A stretch of 63,804 nucleotides of DNA, counting the filler, from Olpidium bornovanus S191 (lineage: Eukaryota; Fungi; Olpidiomycota): assembly GCA_017911155.1 (NCBI GenBank). It is 35 parts of 35 records of this genome, joined end to end, with 100 filler letters (N's around TTAATTAATTAA, not from the genome) between each part and the next. Parts side by side here need not be neighbours in the genome. Positions count along the whole stretch, not along the records: positions 9,853 to 11,646 come from JAEFCI010005962.1; positions 11,747 to 13,091 come from JAEFCI010010549.1; positions 13,192 to 14,412 come from JAEFCI010003146.1; positions 14,513 to 17,160 come from JAEFCI010009282.1; positions 17,261 to 18,478 come from JAEFCI010008518.1; positions 18,579 to 20,996 come from JAEFCI010000144.1; 29 more parts are not named here. One strand, 5' to 3'. This document shows, one piece after another, positions 10,924 through 21,096 of this stretch. The notes beneath the pieces were generated by a model. The model was not told where the DNA came from. It worked only from the letters and a program-made list of their open reading frames with translations, and made no database searches. The stretch's first letter is position 1; every line of letters begins with the position of its first letter. The position numbers and the translations under genes are program-made.

Positions 10924-11179
10924 TTTGCTCCTGCTCTCTCCCTTCACCGTCGCGCCACACAAGCTCGCCCCGTTGCCGGTGGCTGCACCATTGCCGGCGC
11001 CCGTGCTCTCTCTCCCGTCGTTTGTCCGCCGAGACGCCATCTTCGCGCCTTCAATTTGCTGCGCACCACGCCGCCGGCGCCGCCGCCGTTGCGCTCCGCC
11101 ACCGCCGTCGCCACTGCGCACCATGCCACCGCCGCTTCGCCTTCGCCGCCGCCGCGCCGCTACCGCCGTCGTCCGTTGC

Positions 11180-11646
11180 GATGGCTCACGTGCCCTCTGG
11201 CGTTTTTTCATTTGCGACTACCACTTCCCCCACTGATGCGGCCTTGTGGCATGAGAGACTTGGCCACCCAGGGCTCACCATGTTTTGGAAGCTTCTTCCG
11301 GGTCTGAGCGGCCACCTGTTGTGCATTACGGATGCTGACGAGGTTCCCCCATGTGATGCTTGTGCACAAGGAAAATTGATCCCTCGTCCCTCCCGATGGA
11401 AGCTCCCGCAGGAATTGCCGGTGATGCTTGCACGACTCCATGGCGATGTCTGCGAACCGATAAGTCCTCCCTCGGGACCTTTTCGTTATTTCTTCGTTCT
11501 TGCTGATGCTGCTGGCCGGGTTTCTCATGTTCCTTTTCTCTCGACACAAAACCTTGTATTCGCGAAGACATTGGTGCAGATCATCAAATTCAGGGCACAC
11601 TACCCTGAATATCCGATAAAAACGCTTCGGATGGACAATGCCTGCA
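11180..11646 (+). CDS. Ty1/copia GAG-pre-integrase and integrase core N-terminus (3'-partial)
   Basis: LWHERLGHPG...CDACAQGKL...LARLHGDVCEPISPPSGPFRYFFVLADAAGRVSHVPFLST...IKTLRMDNA: HHCC zinc finger, first catalytic D and the DN motif. Confidence 0.95.
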
Positions 11647-12351
11647 NNNNNNNNNNNNNNNNNNNNNNNNNNNNNNNNNNNNNNNNNNNNTTAATTAATT
11701 AANNNNNNNNNNNNNNNNNNNNNNNNNNNNNNNNNNNNNNNNNNNNAAGGAAACGGCCGCGCAGCAGCATGACGGGCAGCCGCTGCCTCCGCAGGAGCAG
11801 CCAGAGATAAGCGCGGTGGAGGAGGTACGCCAAAAGACTCCCGACCCTCGGCTACCCCCCCCCCCCCTCCCCCCCCCCCCCCCCCACACACACACCTTCT
11901 CTCCTCCACCGTTACGTGCGCAGGCCCTTCTTTCGCCCGTTCTTGCGTGCGCGCTGCTCGCTTGCGTCAGGGGGTGCGCGCACCAGAAAGAAAACGCCCA
12001 CGCCCCTCCCTATCTTGCACGAGGGTGCCACCGACAGAGAGTTGCTGCCTGATTTATCTCTCTGCGCTGCCGCCACCAACCTCTTCCGGCGAACCTTCTG
12101 TTTGGTGACGGCCGGAACGCTCGGCTGTCGTGGGCGAAGGGCCCGGGAGTTGCCTGCGCATCCGTCTTTCTGACCGGCGTTAATCCTTCCTGTTTTTTTT
12201 TCCCTCTCTGTCCGCACTTTGTCCCCGCCACCTCCGTCCCACTTCCCCGCTCTCGCTTTCTTTGTGTTTTCTCTTTCGCGCGCTGTTCCTGCGCGGCCGC
12301 GCGTTCCCATTCCGTTTTGGTTTGCTTTTTTTGTCGCGGCGGGATATCAAG

Positions 12352-12880
12352 GCCTCTGCATCGGTTTCGTGTTTGGCGCGATGCACCTGATGCGGTAAGG
12401 CGGACCCGGGTTTACCAGAAAGCGGAAATAGCAGCGGTTTCTTTTTTTACTTTTTTCGTTTTTGTTTTCTGTCGGCGCCGACACCTCGCTGAGGAGTTCT
12501 ATGCCCGACTTTCGCGCCGACTGCTGATTCGTGCGCTTCGCCTGTTCCTGACGTCGAAAAACAGAGTTGGGCCCGGACCGCGGGGATACCTTGGGACCCT
12601 TGGACAGTATATGGGGGGTTCTGCCGCCTCCTTCGGCTTCTTCATGTCCATCGGGGCGGTAAATACTGCATCATTGTGATGAGCCCGGTAGACAACGGTT
12701 CTCAAAAGGCAAAACTTACGGCGTGCTAATTGTCCCGCTCTCCCCTTCCTTTCCCCCCCTTTTTTTTAAAAGGTCGTGAGGTCCGAGGGTGCTAGCAACG
12801 CGGGCCCTTTCCGGAGATTGCATGTCATCACTGCCCCGCGGCGGGACTTCCAGGCGAAGGCTGAAAACTCAACGCCATAG
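12352..12880 (+). CDS. MGR2: Mgr2/Romo1 TIM23-complex subunit, exons 12352-12394, 12565-12658, 12773-12880 (N-terminal exons unresolved, possibly from 11747)
   Basis: GLCIGFVFGAMHLMR|VGPGPRGYLGTLGQYMGGSAASFGFFMSIGA|VVRSEG...; phases match; branch-point GCTAAT at about 12725. Confidence 0.88.
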
Positions 12881-13036
12881 TCAGGCCGAAAAAGCAAACA
12901 CAAAAAAATTGTCTGAATTCCTCGGCATCCTCCATTTCAGTCCACCTCGATTTTCCTTGCGCTTCGCGCAGTTGGAACTGTTCGTTAATGCTGAACAGCC
13001 ACCAAAATAAAAAGAAAAGCCGGTGACGCGGGGTGA

Positions 13037-13078
<42 letters not shown>

Positions 13079-13500
13079 GAGGGGAGGATGGNNNNNNNNN
13101 NNNNNNNNNNNNNNNNNNNNNNNNNNNNNNNNNNNTTAATTAATTAANNNNNNNNNNNNNNNNNNNNNNNNNNNNNNNNNNNNNNNNNNNNCATGGAGGT
13201 TAATGACACGTTTGTCTCCGCTCTTCCGCAAGAAGCCCGTGAGGAGGTCGCGGAAGGCCATCGGAGGAGCTGCAGGCTGGAGGAGCGGAGCAGTAGGGCA
13301 GGCGGCGGCGCCTTGGTGGGGCCGGCGGCTGCACCGGGTGTGCCTGTTGTGCTTGGGGGGGACGCCCTGTGTGCCCGGTTTGCCCGGTGGCGGCGCCCGG
13401 TGTGCCCGGTGTGCCTGGTGTGCCCGGCGGCGCGGCCTTGACGCGGCGGCGCCCGGTGTGCCCGGCGGCGGCGCCCGGCATTGCGGCCGTGACCCGGCAC

Positions 13501-13596
13501 CGAAAACCGAAAACCCGAAAACCTGAAAACCCGAAAACCCCAAAACCCCAAAACCCCAAAACCCCAAAACCCGAAAACCCGAAAACCCGAAACCCG
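13501..13596 (+). repeat. 8-bp tandem repeat (AAAACCCG / AAAACCCC), about 12 units, telomere-like strand bias
   Basis: cgaaaaccgaaaacccgaaaacctgaaaacccgaaaaccccaaaaccccaaaaccccaaaaccccaaaacccgaaaacccgaaaacccgaaacccg. Confidence 0.92.
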
Positions 13597-13749
13597 AGTA
13601 CGTTTTGTGATTCCACAGTGGAATCATTGAACCTAACCAACTTCAAGATGAGCACAGACTAGAGAGTAAGTCAGGCAGGTGAGGGAGGAGCTGAGACACG
13701 CTGCAGAAAAGAAAGCAAGTCTCTAGCTGCTCTGTGAGCCAAGGTAGGA

Positions 13750-14412
13750 CACGTACCGTACCGCGTTTCACCGGCGCAACGCGATATTATTCGCAAACAT
13801 ATTCGTACCATGCAGGAAGCTGGCATTGTCACACCGTCGACGAGCCTGTGGGCCTCCCCGGTAGTCCTCGTACGGAAGCCCGGTGGTGAAATCCGCTTCT
13901 GCGTCGATTACCGCAGATTGAACGCTGTCACGAAGACCGAAATTTACCCCTTACGGCGCATCGATGACACGCTCGACGCCCTCGTCGATGCAGCGTTCTT
14001 TTCGACCATTGACCTCGCTTCAGGGCATTGGCAGATACCGCTCGACCCGCGCACACGGGAGAAAACCGCATTTATTTCCCACGAGGGCTTGTTCGAGTAC
14101 ACGTGCATGCCCTTTGGGTTAAGGAACGCTCCCGCGGCCTTTCAGCGCTTTATGGCCTCCGTCCTCTTAGGGATCACTTGGCAATGCTGCTTGGTGTACC
14201 TCGACAACGTGATCATCTATTCGCTGTCCTTCGATCAACACCTCGTCGATCTGCGTAAGGTTTTCGATCGCCTCGAAACCTCTGGCCTGCGCATGAAAGC
14301 GAAAAAGTGCTCCTTCTGTTGCGACGAAGTGTTGTATCTCGGACATCTCGTTACCGCTGAGGGCCTTCAACCGGACCCTCGGAAAACCGAGGCGATTGCG
14401 CAATGGCCCGTC
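13750..14412 (+). mobile_element. Ty3/gypsy reverse transcriptase fragment with catalytic YLDD mutated to YLDN
   Basis: PYRVSP...SLWASPVVLVRKPGGEIRFCVDYRRLN...MPFGLRNAPAAFQR...VYLDNVIIYS...YLGHLV. Confidence 0.95.
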
Positions 14413-14512
14413 NNNNNNNNNNNNNNNNNNNNNNNNNNNNNNNNNNNNNNNNNNNNTTAATTAATTAANNNNNNNNNNNNNNNNNNNNNNNNNNNNNNNN
14501 NNNNNNNNNNNN

Positions 14513-15175
14513 AGCGATCGAAGACGAAATGAGCGTGATGAGCACGTGCTCCTTGAGGGTGAACGGCCCGGGGTTAAGCGTCCACTCGAATCCGAGGGTG
14601 CGGAATTTTCGGGTGAGAAGCACGCGGGCCATGAGATGACCGAGCGGATAGGTGATGATGGTGACCATGGTCGAGCTTATGGTGACCTAATTTCGTTTGG
14701 AGAAAGAAACGAAATCAAAACAAAAAGTCAGGACGGACGGCCCACGCGGAACGTTCGGAACGAACGGCGTCTTTTTTGCTTCTAACGGACCGGATTGGAC
14801 TTGAAAGAGAACATGGCGTTCATAAATCCCAGGCCGACGCCGAAGAAGGTCCCGAGAAAATAAGTGCGGAACGTTCCGACGGCCGTTGAGGGATCGTCTG
14901 TCTCGGGAACGATGCCTGCAAGGTGGGCATCAACAGCAGCCTTTGACGAAGCGTGCAAGCAACGCAGACGGCTGTCGTGTCAGCAAGCTGCAGTCGGGCA
15001 ACGTGAAAGTGATCGGCGCGGCGGTGGGAGGGGGGATAGAGAGACTGACTTCCTCGTCCAAATGGTCGGCGTCGAGACTGTGGTCCTCGTGGACGAACCG
15101 GACCACACGGGGCCGTTCACGGGCCTTCTCCCGCGCAGCATGGGGAGCGCAAGTGACGGCCTCCTCATCCGCCAT
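14513..15175 (-). CDS. OPT-family oligopeptide transporter, N-terminal exons (3'-partial)
   Basis: ATG at 15175; ...GIVPETDDPSTAVGTFRTYFLG...FMNAMFSFKS...TYPLGHLMARVL...WTLNPGPFTLKEHVLITLISS (TDDP..TFR and LNPGPF..KEH OPT motifs). Confidence 0.93.
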
Positions 15176-18024
15176 GGTGCGAATGGGCAGAACGCGAGGG
15201 GGCCAGGTGAAGGAAGAGAGGCACTGGTGGAGCGTGCCGCAAAAAGAACCGGCCGGAGAAGGGGGGTTGAGACGCGACGCGAACTGCCCTCCTGCGTTTT
15301 AAAACGTCGGCGGGAGGCCTGGTCATCACGCCCTTTAACGACTTGTGGCGGACGAGACGGGAGCGCGGCCACCGATCCCCCCACGGTCCCCACCGGCAAA
15401 GGGCGGCGGAATCCCCGTGCACACGGGACGTGCCGGAAGGGGGGGCGAAGGGGGAAGGGCGCGCCTTCGGGCGGACGGGCAGACGGGCGGACGCCCTTAT
15501 TTTGCCGCGGGCGTCCGCATCCCCCGTCGCGCTCCCCTCGTGACAACGGAGGGCCCGGTCCGCCCGAGAGAGCGCGCCGGCCCGTGTCGTCCGGCGGCAT
15601 CCGCGGTCCGAAAGGGGGAAGAGAGGGAAGCGGGGGGGAGCATTTTTCGTTCTGACAGCAGGGCGCGCGAGAGAGAGAGCAGGGCGGGCGGGCGGTCGCG
15701 ACTGCGGACCCAGCGGACGGGCGTCGGTCGGGCGTAAGTGAGGTTGGTCGGTTTAGTGTGTCCGCGGCAGGCCCGGAGGCGCGCGGGGGAAGCCGGGGGG
15801 GCGGAAGGGAAACGCGCGTTCCCCTCCACGCGGCGGGTGCGGGCGGAAGCCAGGACGCGTTCCCTGCCGGCCCCCCAAGAATTCTTCCCATCTTGTCAAT
15901 CAGAAAAATTAATCACCCGGCCGCCCGTCATTTGCAACCCCTTCTCCCGCCCGCCCGCCCGCCCGTATCACACCCAAAATCACGAGTTCGTCGCCCTTTG
16001 CCCCCCCGAGCAGCGCTCCGCGAACGCCCGCGCCACGCACCGCTCACGTCGCCGCCCCCGCCGCCGCCCCAGAAACAGCCGGTCGGCCGGGGGCGGGCCC
16101 CTTGTCACGTGTTCACAACGGCCCTCGCCACGGGCGGGGACGCTCCCCGTTTCGCGTGGCCTTCGCGGTATTTTGCGTGCTGATAGGGAGCCCCGGCCGG
16201 GCCCCGCGCGCCCCTGCCTCGCGTTGATCTTGCGGCCGCACGGCTTTGATCCGAGACGGCATTTTCGCGCCATTCCCCCTCCCCCACCCCCGTCTCCCAC
16301 CCAAACAAACAGGTGCTGCGGAACTGGCCCTGTTCTCGTGGTCCCGGGGCAAACGGAGGGGCAAGCTTTCTCATCCGGGAAAACGAAAAAACGCAGGAAA
16401 CGCCCCCAAAAACGCGTTAAAGCGCCCACAAAAGCGACATCCGCAAATTTCCCAAAAAGCCAGCGGTTCTTTGTGCAAGCTGAAACCTGGAATGTGCCAC
16501 AAAACCAGGGAAAAACGAGTGGATTTGGCGATGAAAGTTTTGTTGTTTTACGAATCCAGGCCGCCTTGGCCCGCCCGAGATACGTATCTCGAACAAATCC
16601 CTCGAAACATGCCGTAATTTGAATGGTCAGCGGGTAACCGCTTGCGCTTTGGGAGATCGGCGCATGACGCATTACATGATGCTTCATGCGAAATAAAAAG
16701 TGGTCAAAACAAGCTCCTGGTTGGTGATGGTTCTTTGGGCGCGTATCGACCTTGGCAGGGTGACGGATAGTCACGCAGCTAAAGACAGGGGGTGGGGGAC
16801 CCACTGCGTAGCGAAGGTTAGACGTAGAGGTAGTGCTGCCTGTCATCTCAACGCCCGTTGTCTCGACACTGTACCTTAAATGATTTTTCTCGAAGAGCCC
16901 GTTGAAATGCTCTTCAAAGGATTGGCTGGTGACAATGGACACGCTCTCTGTAGCGCCTGTATCGCCCGTACCAGCATTATTCCAATGTGCTCTCTGTATA
17001 GCGCCTGTAACGACTTCGCTTTGATGCATCCACCAAAGCACCCGCCCTGGTGGGCTGGACCCCTTCCCCGGGGGGGGGGGGGGGGGGGGGGAAAAAAAAA
17101 AAAAAAAAATCTGGGGGGGGGGGGGGGGGGGGGGAATTCGTGGTTCACGCGACGCGGGGGNNNNNNNNNNNNNNNNNNNNNNNNNNNNNNNNNNNNNNNN
17201 NNNNTTAATTAATTAANNNNNNNNNNNNNNNNNNNNNNNNNNNNNNNNNNNNNNNNNNNNAGTTGAAGCATTTGGGGTTGATGCGTATGTTACGGTTGCT
17301 TGCTGCCGTTTCCTGGTCCCAAGCTGGTTATTAAGCCAGGTCTGTTACAGAACAGTCTGTTAAAGTAACGTCAAAGAACGATGCACTGTTGGCGCTGGTC
17401 AAAGAAAGCGATGCGACATCTGTGCCCGAAATTGTTTGGCCGTTGGCGTGGACTGCCCCATGATCTCTTGTACACGTGCGAGGCAGGGCGCATACAAGGG
17501 GCTCTTAGTCGAGTCCATCCCCCGGGCGAAGTCTTCACGCATACCCGCCAGGGCTTCGGCACTAAAGATGGACGGTGGAGGCATAGTCAACGGCGATGTT
17601 TGAGTGGTGATCGGAACTTTCCTCAACCCTGAGGAAAGTAAAAACAGTAGGTAGGTCCGGTAGGTGTGGGAGCGGGGGTGGGAGCAGCGAGCCACGTGAC
17701 GCCCAGTGGCGGTGTAATCAGACGGGTTTCTATTAGCAAGCTCGATAACTGTGAGCGCAAATGTTTCTGAATATCGAATGTACGTTAAGTTTCATTAGTT
17801 TATCATAATAGAGAGTATTGAGGGGGAGCTGATATATTATTACATATATTATATGTTATTTCCGTCAGCCCTCCCCCTCCCAACCCGAACACACAAACAA
17901 GGTAAGGAAATCTAATTCTATAGTAGACTTAGATTCTGCCCACAGCGAACAGGAGAGCAGGAAGCGGAGAACATGGCGCGGATGGCGAGGAGAGGAGCGT
18001 GTAAGGCGGAGAGCAGACGGGACA

Positions 18025-18464
18025 CCGCGGTCGAACCATGGTCGCCATGGTCGCCATGGTTGCCAGGGTCGCCCGACCGCGCAAGGAGGGAAGGAAGGAA
18101 GGAAGGTGCGGAGGGCGTCGGGGTGGCCCTGGAGGCTGGCCGACGCCATCCATGGTGGCGGTTTCTCCTTTAGCACTGTTTGAACATGGACGCTGACTTT
18201 GAAACCACACCGCGGGACACACAGGTACCTACCCAAGCCGGCTCAAGGCTCGTTTGAAAGGCCTCGTCGAGGCCTTTAGAACGAGTCTAAAACCACTTAG
18301 TTTAGGTCTTTCCCCGTCAAGCTGCAAGGGATGCAAGTCACGAAACGTGTTGGCGCGGTGAAAACCCGTGAAACCCCGCGGTCGAAGCATGGTGGTCGCC
18401 ACGGTCGCCATGGTCGCCCGACCGCGCAAGGAGGAAAGGAAGAAAGGAAGGTGCGGAGGGCGTT
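18025..18464 (+). repeat. Two about 90-bp direct repeats (18025-18118, 18376-18464), 351 bp apart, containing 9-bp CCATGGTCG subrepeats and (GGAA)n
   Basis: Both copies read CCGCGGTCGAA...GGTCGCC...GGTCGCCCGACCGCGCAAGGAGG-(GGAA)n-GGTGCGGAGGGCGT. Confidence 0.85.
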
Positions 18465-18773
18465 GCGGGGGGGGGGGGNNNNNNNNNNNNNNNNNNNNNN
18501 NNNNNNNNNNNNNNNNNNNNNNTTAATTAATTAANNNNNNNNNNNNNNNNNNNNNNNNNNNNNNNNNNNNNNNNNNNNCATGTCGCAGACAGTCCTCTTA
18601 TCGGTTACCACCTCGTTACCTTTAATGAGTGACTTAAACATCACGGCAACGAGTCCTGTGCCGGCGCTGTCGTGCTCTGATCATCGCCGCTGTGCTATGT
18701 GCATTTGTGCAGCGATCGTCACTTTGTACCGTACCGTTTGAGAATTTGAGAATTCTTTGATAGCTCACGGGAC

Positions 18774-18985
18774 GTTCCTTGCTACCTCGCTGGGACTTCC
18801 TTGTTACCTCCTGGGAATTCCTTTCTTACTGCCTAGAACTCCGTGCTACCTCGCTGGGAGTTCCTTGTTACCTCCGGGGAATTCCTTACTACCTCCCTGC
18901 AAGTCCCTTGCTATCTTTCTGGAAACTTGTTACCATCAGGAAATTCCTTTTCACCACGCTGGGAGTTCCTTGTTACCTCCCCGAG
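18774..18985 (+). repeat. Degenerate 21-22-bp minisatellite, about 10 units
   Basis: Consensus GTTCCTTGYTACCTCNCTGGGA; units 1-3 resemble units 4-6, suggesting a higher-order period of about 64 bp. Confidence 0.85.
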
Positions 18986-19599
18986 ACTCATTAGAACCTT
19001 GGGCATTTCAGAATTTTTCACCCGGCACGTTAACCACTGCGTCCCGGTGCACAGATCCGCTTGAACAGCACACCTGCCGTTAGTGGCCAGCCTTCGGGAA
19101 GACATTTGGAGTAGAAATCAACAGGAGCGCAAGCGCAACATCCAGCCGCCGGCACGCAGAGAGTTTGCCGCTCATGATCAGCGTCCAAGCCAGATCCTGG
19201 CATCTGCCAACCGCCGGCCCTGCAATTGCCAACATCCCTCACAGTCCGCAGAATGAACTTCCGCTCTTCGAACACCCGCGGCGGGACGCTTGCATGGCCA
19301 GACCATGCAAAACCGGATTTTTGGCAAAAGATATCAAACCAGGCCGCCTAACTGCCACAGCAGTAAGCGGAACTCTTTTCCTGAAACCAAGGGGCCGTGG
19401 GGGAATCAGTCGGGATGCGCCTAACGCTACGCTCCAACGCGCGGCAGCTGCGGGCAGCTCATACGCGGGTACGGCCAGACAATTCGATGATGGTTGCTTG
19501 GAGGTGCTCCGATAATACACACGTAGCGGGGAATCCCGTTGGACACAGAACGGGGCCCACGACGGGAAACGGGCGCGCAAAAAGCAGACGGACGGCTTG

Positions 19600-20325
19600 C
19601 TCGAAACGGGTCGCTTCGCGACGCTGATATAAGGACTAGAGAAACACTGCTCGGTCCGGGGGATGGGGGAAGGGGAGGGGAGGGAAGAGAGGTGCGTAGT
19701 GGGACGGGAGTGTGGGCGGGAAACAAAAAGCGACTGATGTTAGTAAGCCGCCGCCGAAACGTGCAAATGCGAAGCCGCCCGCCCACCCCACACCCCACTT
19801 CCCCCTGGTCTTTTTCGCGTGCCAAAGATTTCGTTCTTTCCGCTTCCCGCGCACCGGGCATTGCACACGCAATACGCGCCGCCTTCCTGCCGTTGTTTCC
19901 CCGGATGACATGTTCGTCAACCCGCCGCGGACATACTCCTCGGTTTGTTCGAACGCGATATTCATGTACCTTTCGAGTCACGCGAGCACCCCTGCGGGTC
20001 GAGAGTAGCGTGGGTCAACGTTCCGGGTAAACAGGGGAGAGAAAACGGCTTCAGGCGCAGAGCACCCCCCTTCCTCAAACGGCTTCAGGCGCAGAGCTCC
20101 CCCCTCCCTCACCAAGCGCCCGCTTCGCAGGAGGAAGGAGGCAAAGGAGGAGGGGCGAGGGAAGGATTAGGAGGGGACGGTGCGTGGGAGAAGCTGCGTA
20201 CGGGAGGGGGCGCGCGTGTGACTCATCCCTCCCAGTCGACTCCGGAGTTCAGCTTGATCACCACGGGCTGCCCTATGACGACGTTGAGGGAAGTCCGTCG
20301 GCGATCGGGTTGCTTGCTTCGACAT
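19600..20325 (-). pseudogene. LSM6: LSM6 (U6 snRNA-associated Sm-like protein) pseudogene retaining two introns
   Basis: Exon A from ATG 20325: MSKQATRSPTDF/(+1)/LNVVIGQPVVIKLNSGVD. Exon B 19991-19891: GVLA*LERYMNIAFEQTEEYVRGGLTNM/(deletion)/IRGNN. Exon C from 19635: VL/(-1)/YIS. Confidence 0.9.
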
Positions 20326-21096
20326 TCTCTCTCTTCATTCTCTCGACCCCCCCTCCCCCCGCCGCCCTTTCGTGCCCGGCGGGCTGCGGCCGAAGTTCGG
20401 AGGGCCAGATTTCGGCTTTTCGCTGGCTTTACATGGGTTGAACCGTTGGGGGGTGGCGTTTGTCCCCGTCGCGCGACGCAAAGCACGGTTTAACGCCGTT
20501 ATCAGTGACACAGACCATACGCCCTGGCCTGGCGTTATACACGTGACCCACGCCCGCACGTACACGGTGAACTAAAACAAAAAAAAAATATGTAGGAGTA
20601 TGCTGATTTCGCGGCGGACCCGAACCGCTACGGGTGGTTACGATCACGTGGCTGAGAGTTACGGTCACGTGGTGTGACGCTCTAACCACGGCCGTGACGC
20701 TACGGCGAGAAGCGAAAAAAGCTCCTGTAGGCCCTAACCTAACGGTTCGGGAATAACGCTATTGGTCTTTCCCCAAATACATAACATGTTTCGTATTCGT
20801 GGAGACGTAAATATATACATTTAAAAAGTATAAAAAAAAAATTTAAAGACGGAGCACATACAGGTTTGCCGCGTGTATGTGCAAAAACGAGCGAGGTGGG
20901 GATGAGTGTACATATGTGCTGGACATTACCCTACCCGGTATAAAACATGCGGAAAGGGCCCATGGATGGAGTTGGCGGGGGAAAATGGGGAGGGGGNNNN
21001 NNNNNNNNNNNNNNNNNNNNNNNNNNNNNNNNNNNNNNNNTTAATTAATTAANNNNNNNNNNNNNNNNNNNNNNNNNNNNNNNNNNNNNNNNNNNN

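Noticed and set aside
15980-17041. 353-aa minus-strand ORF, plus unassigned ORFs in 8415-9030, 17261-17700, 47925-48800, 54759-55028 and 59374-60865
   Set aside because: No recognisable domain or consistent splice model; left unannotated rather than guessed.
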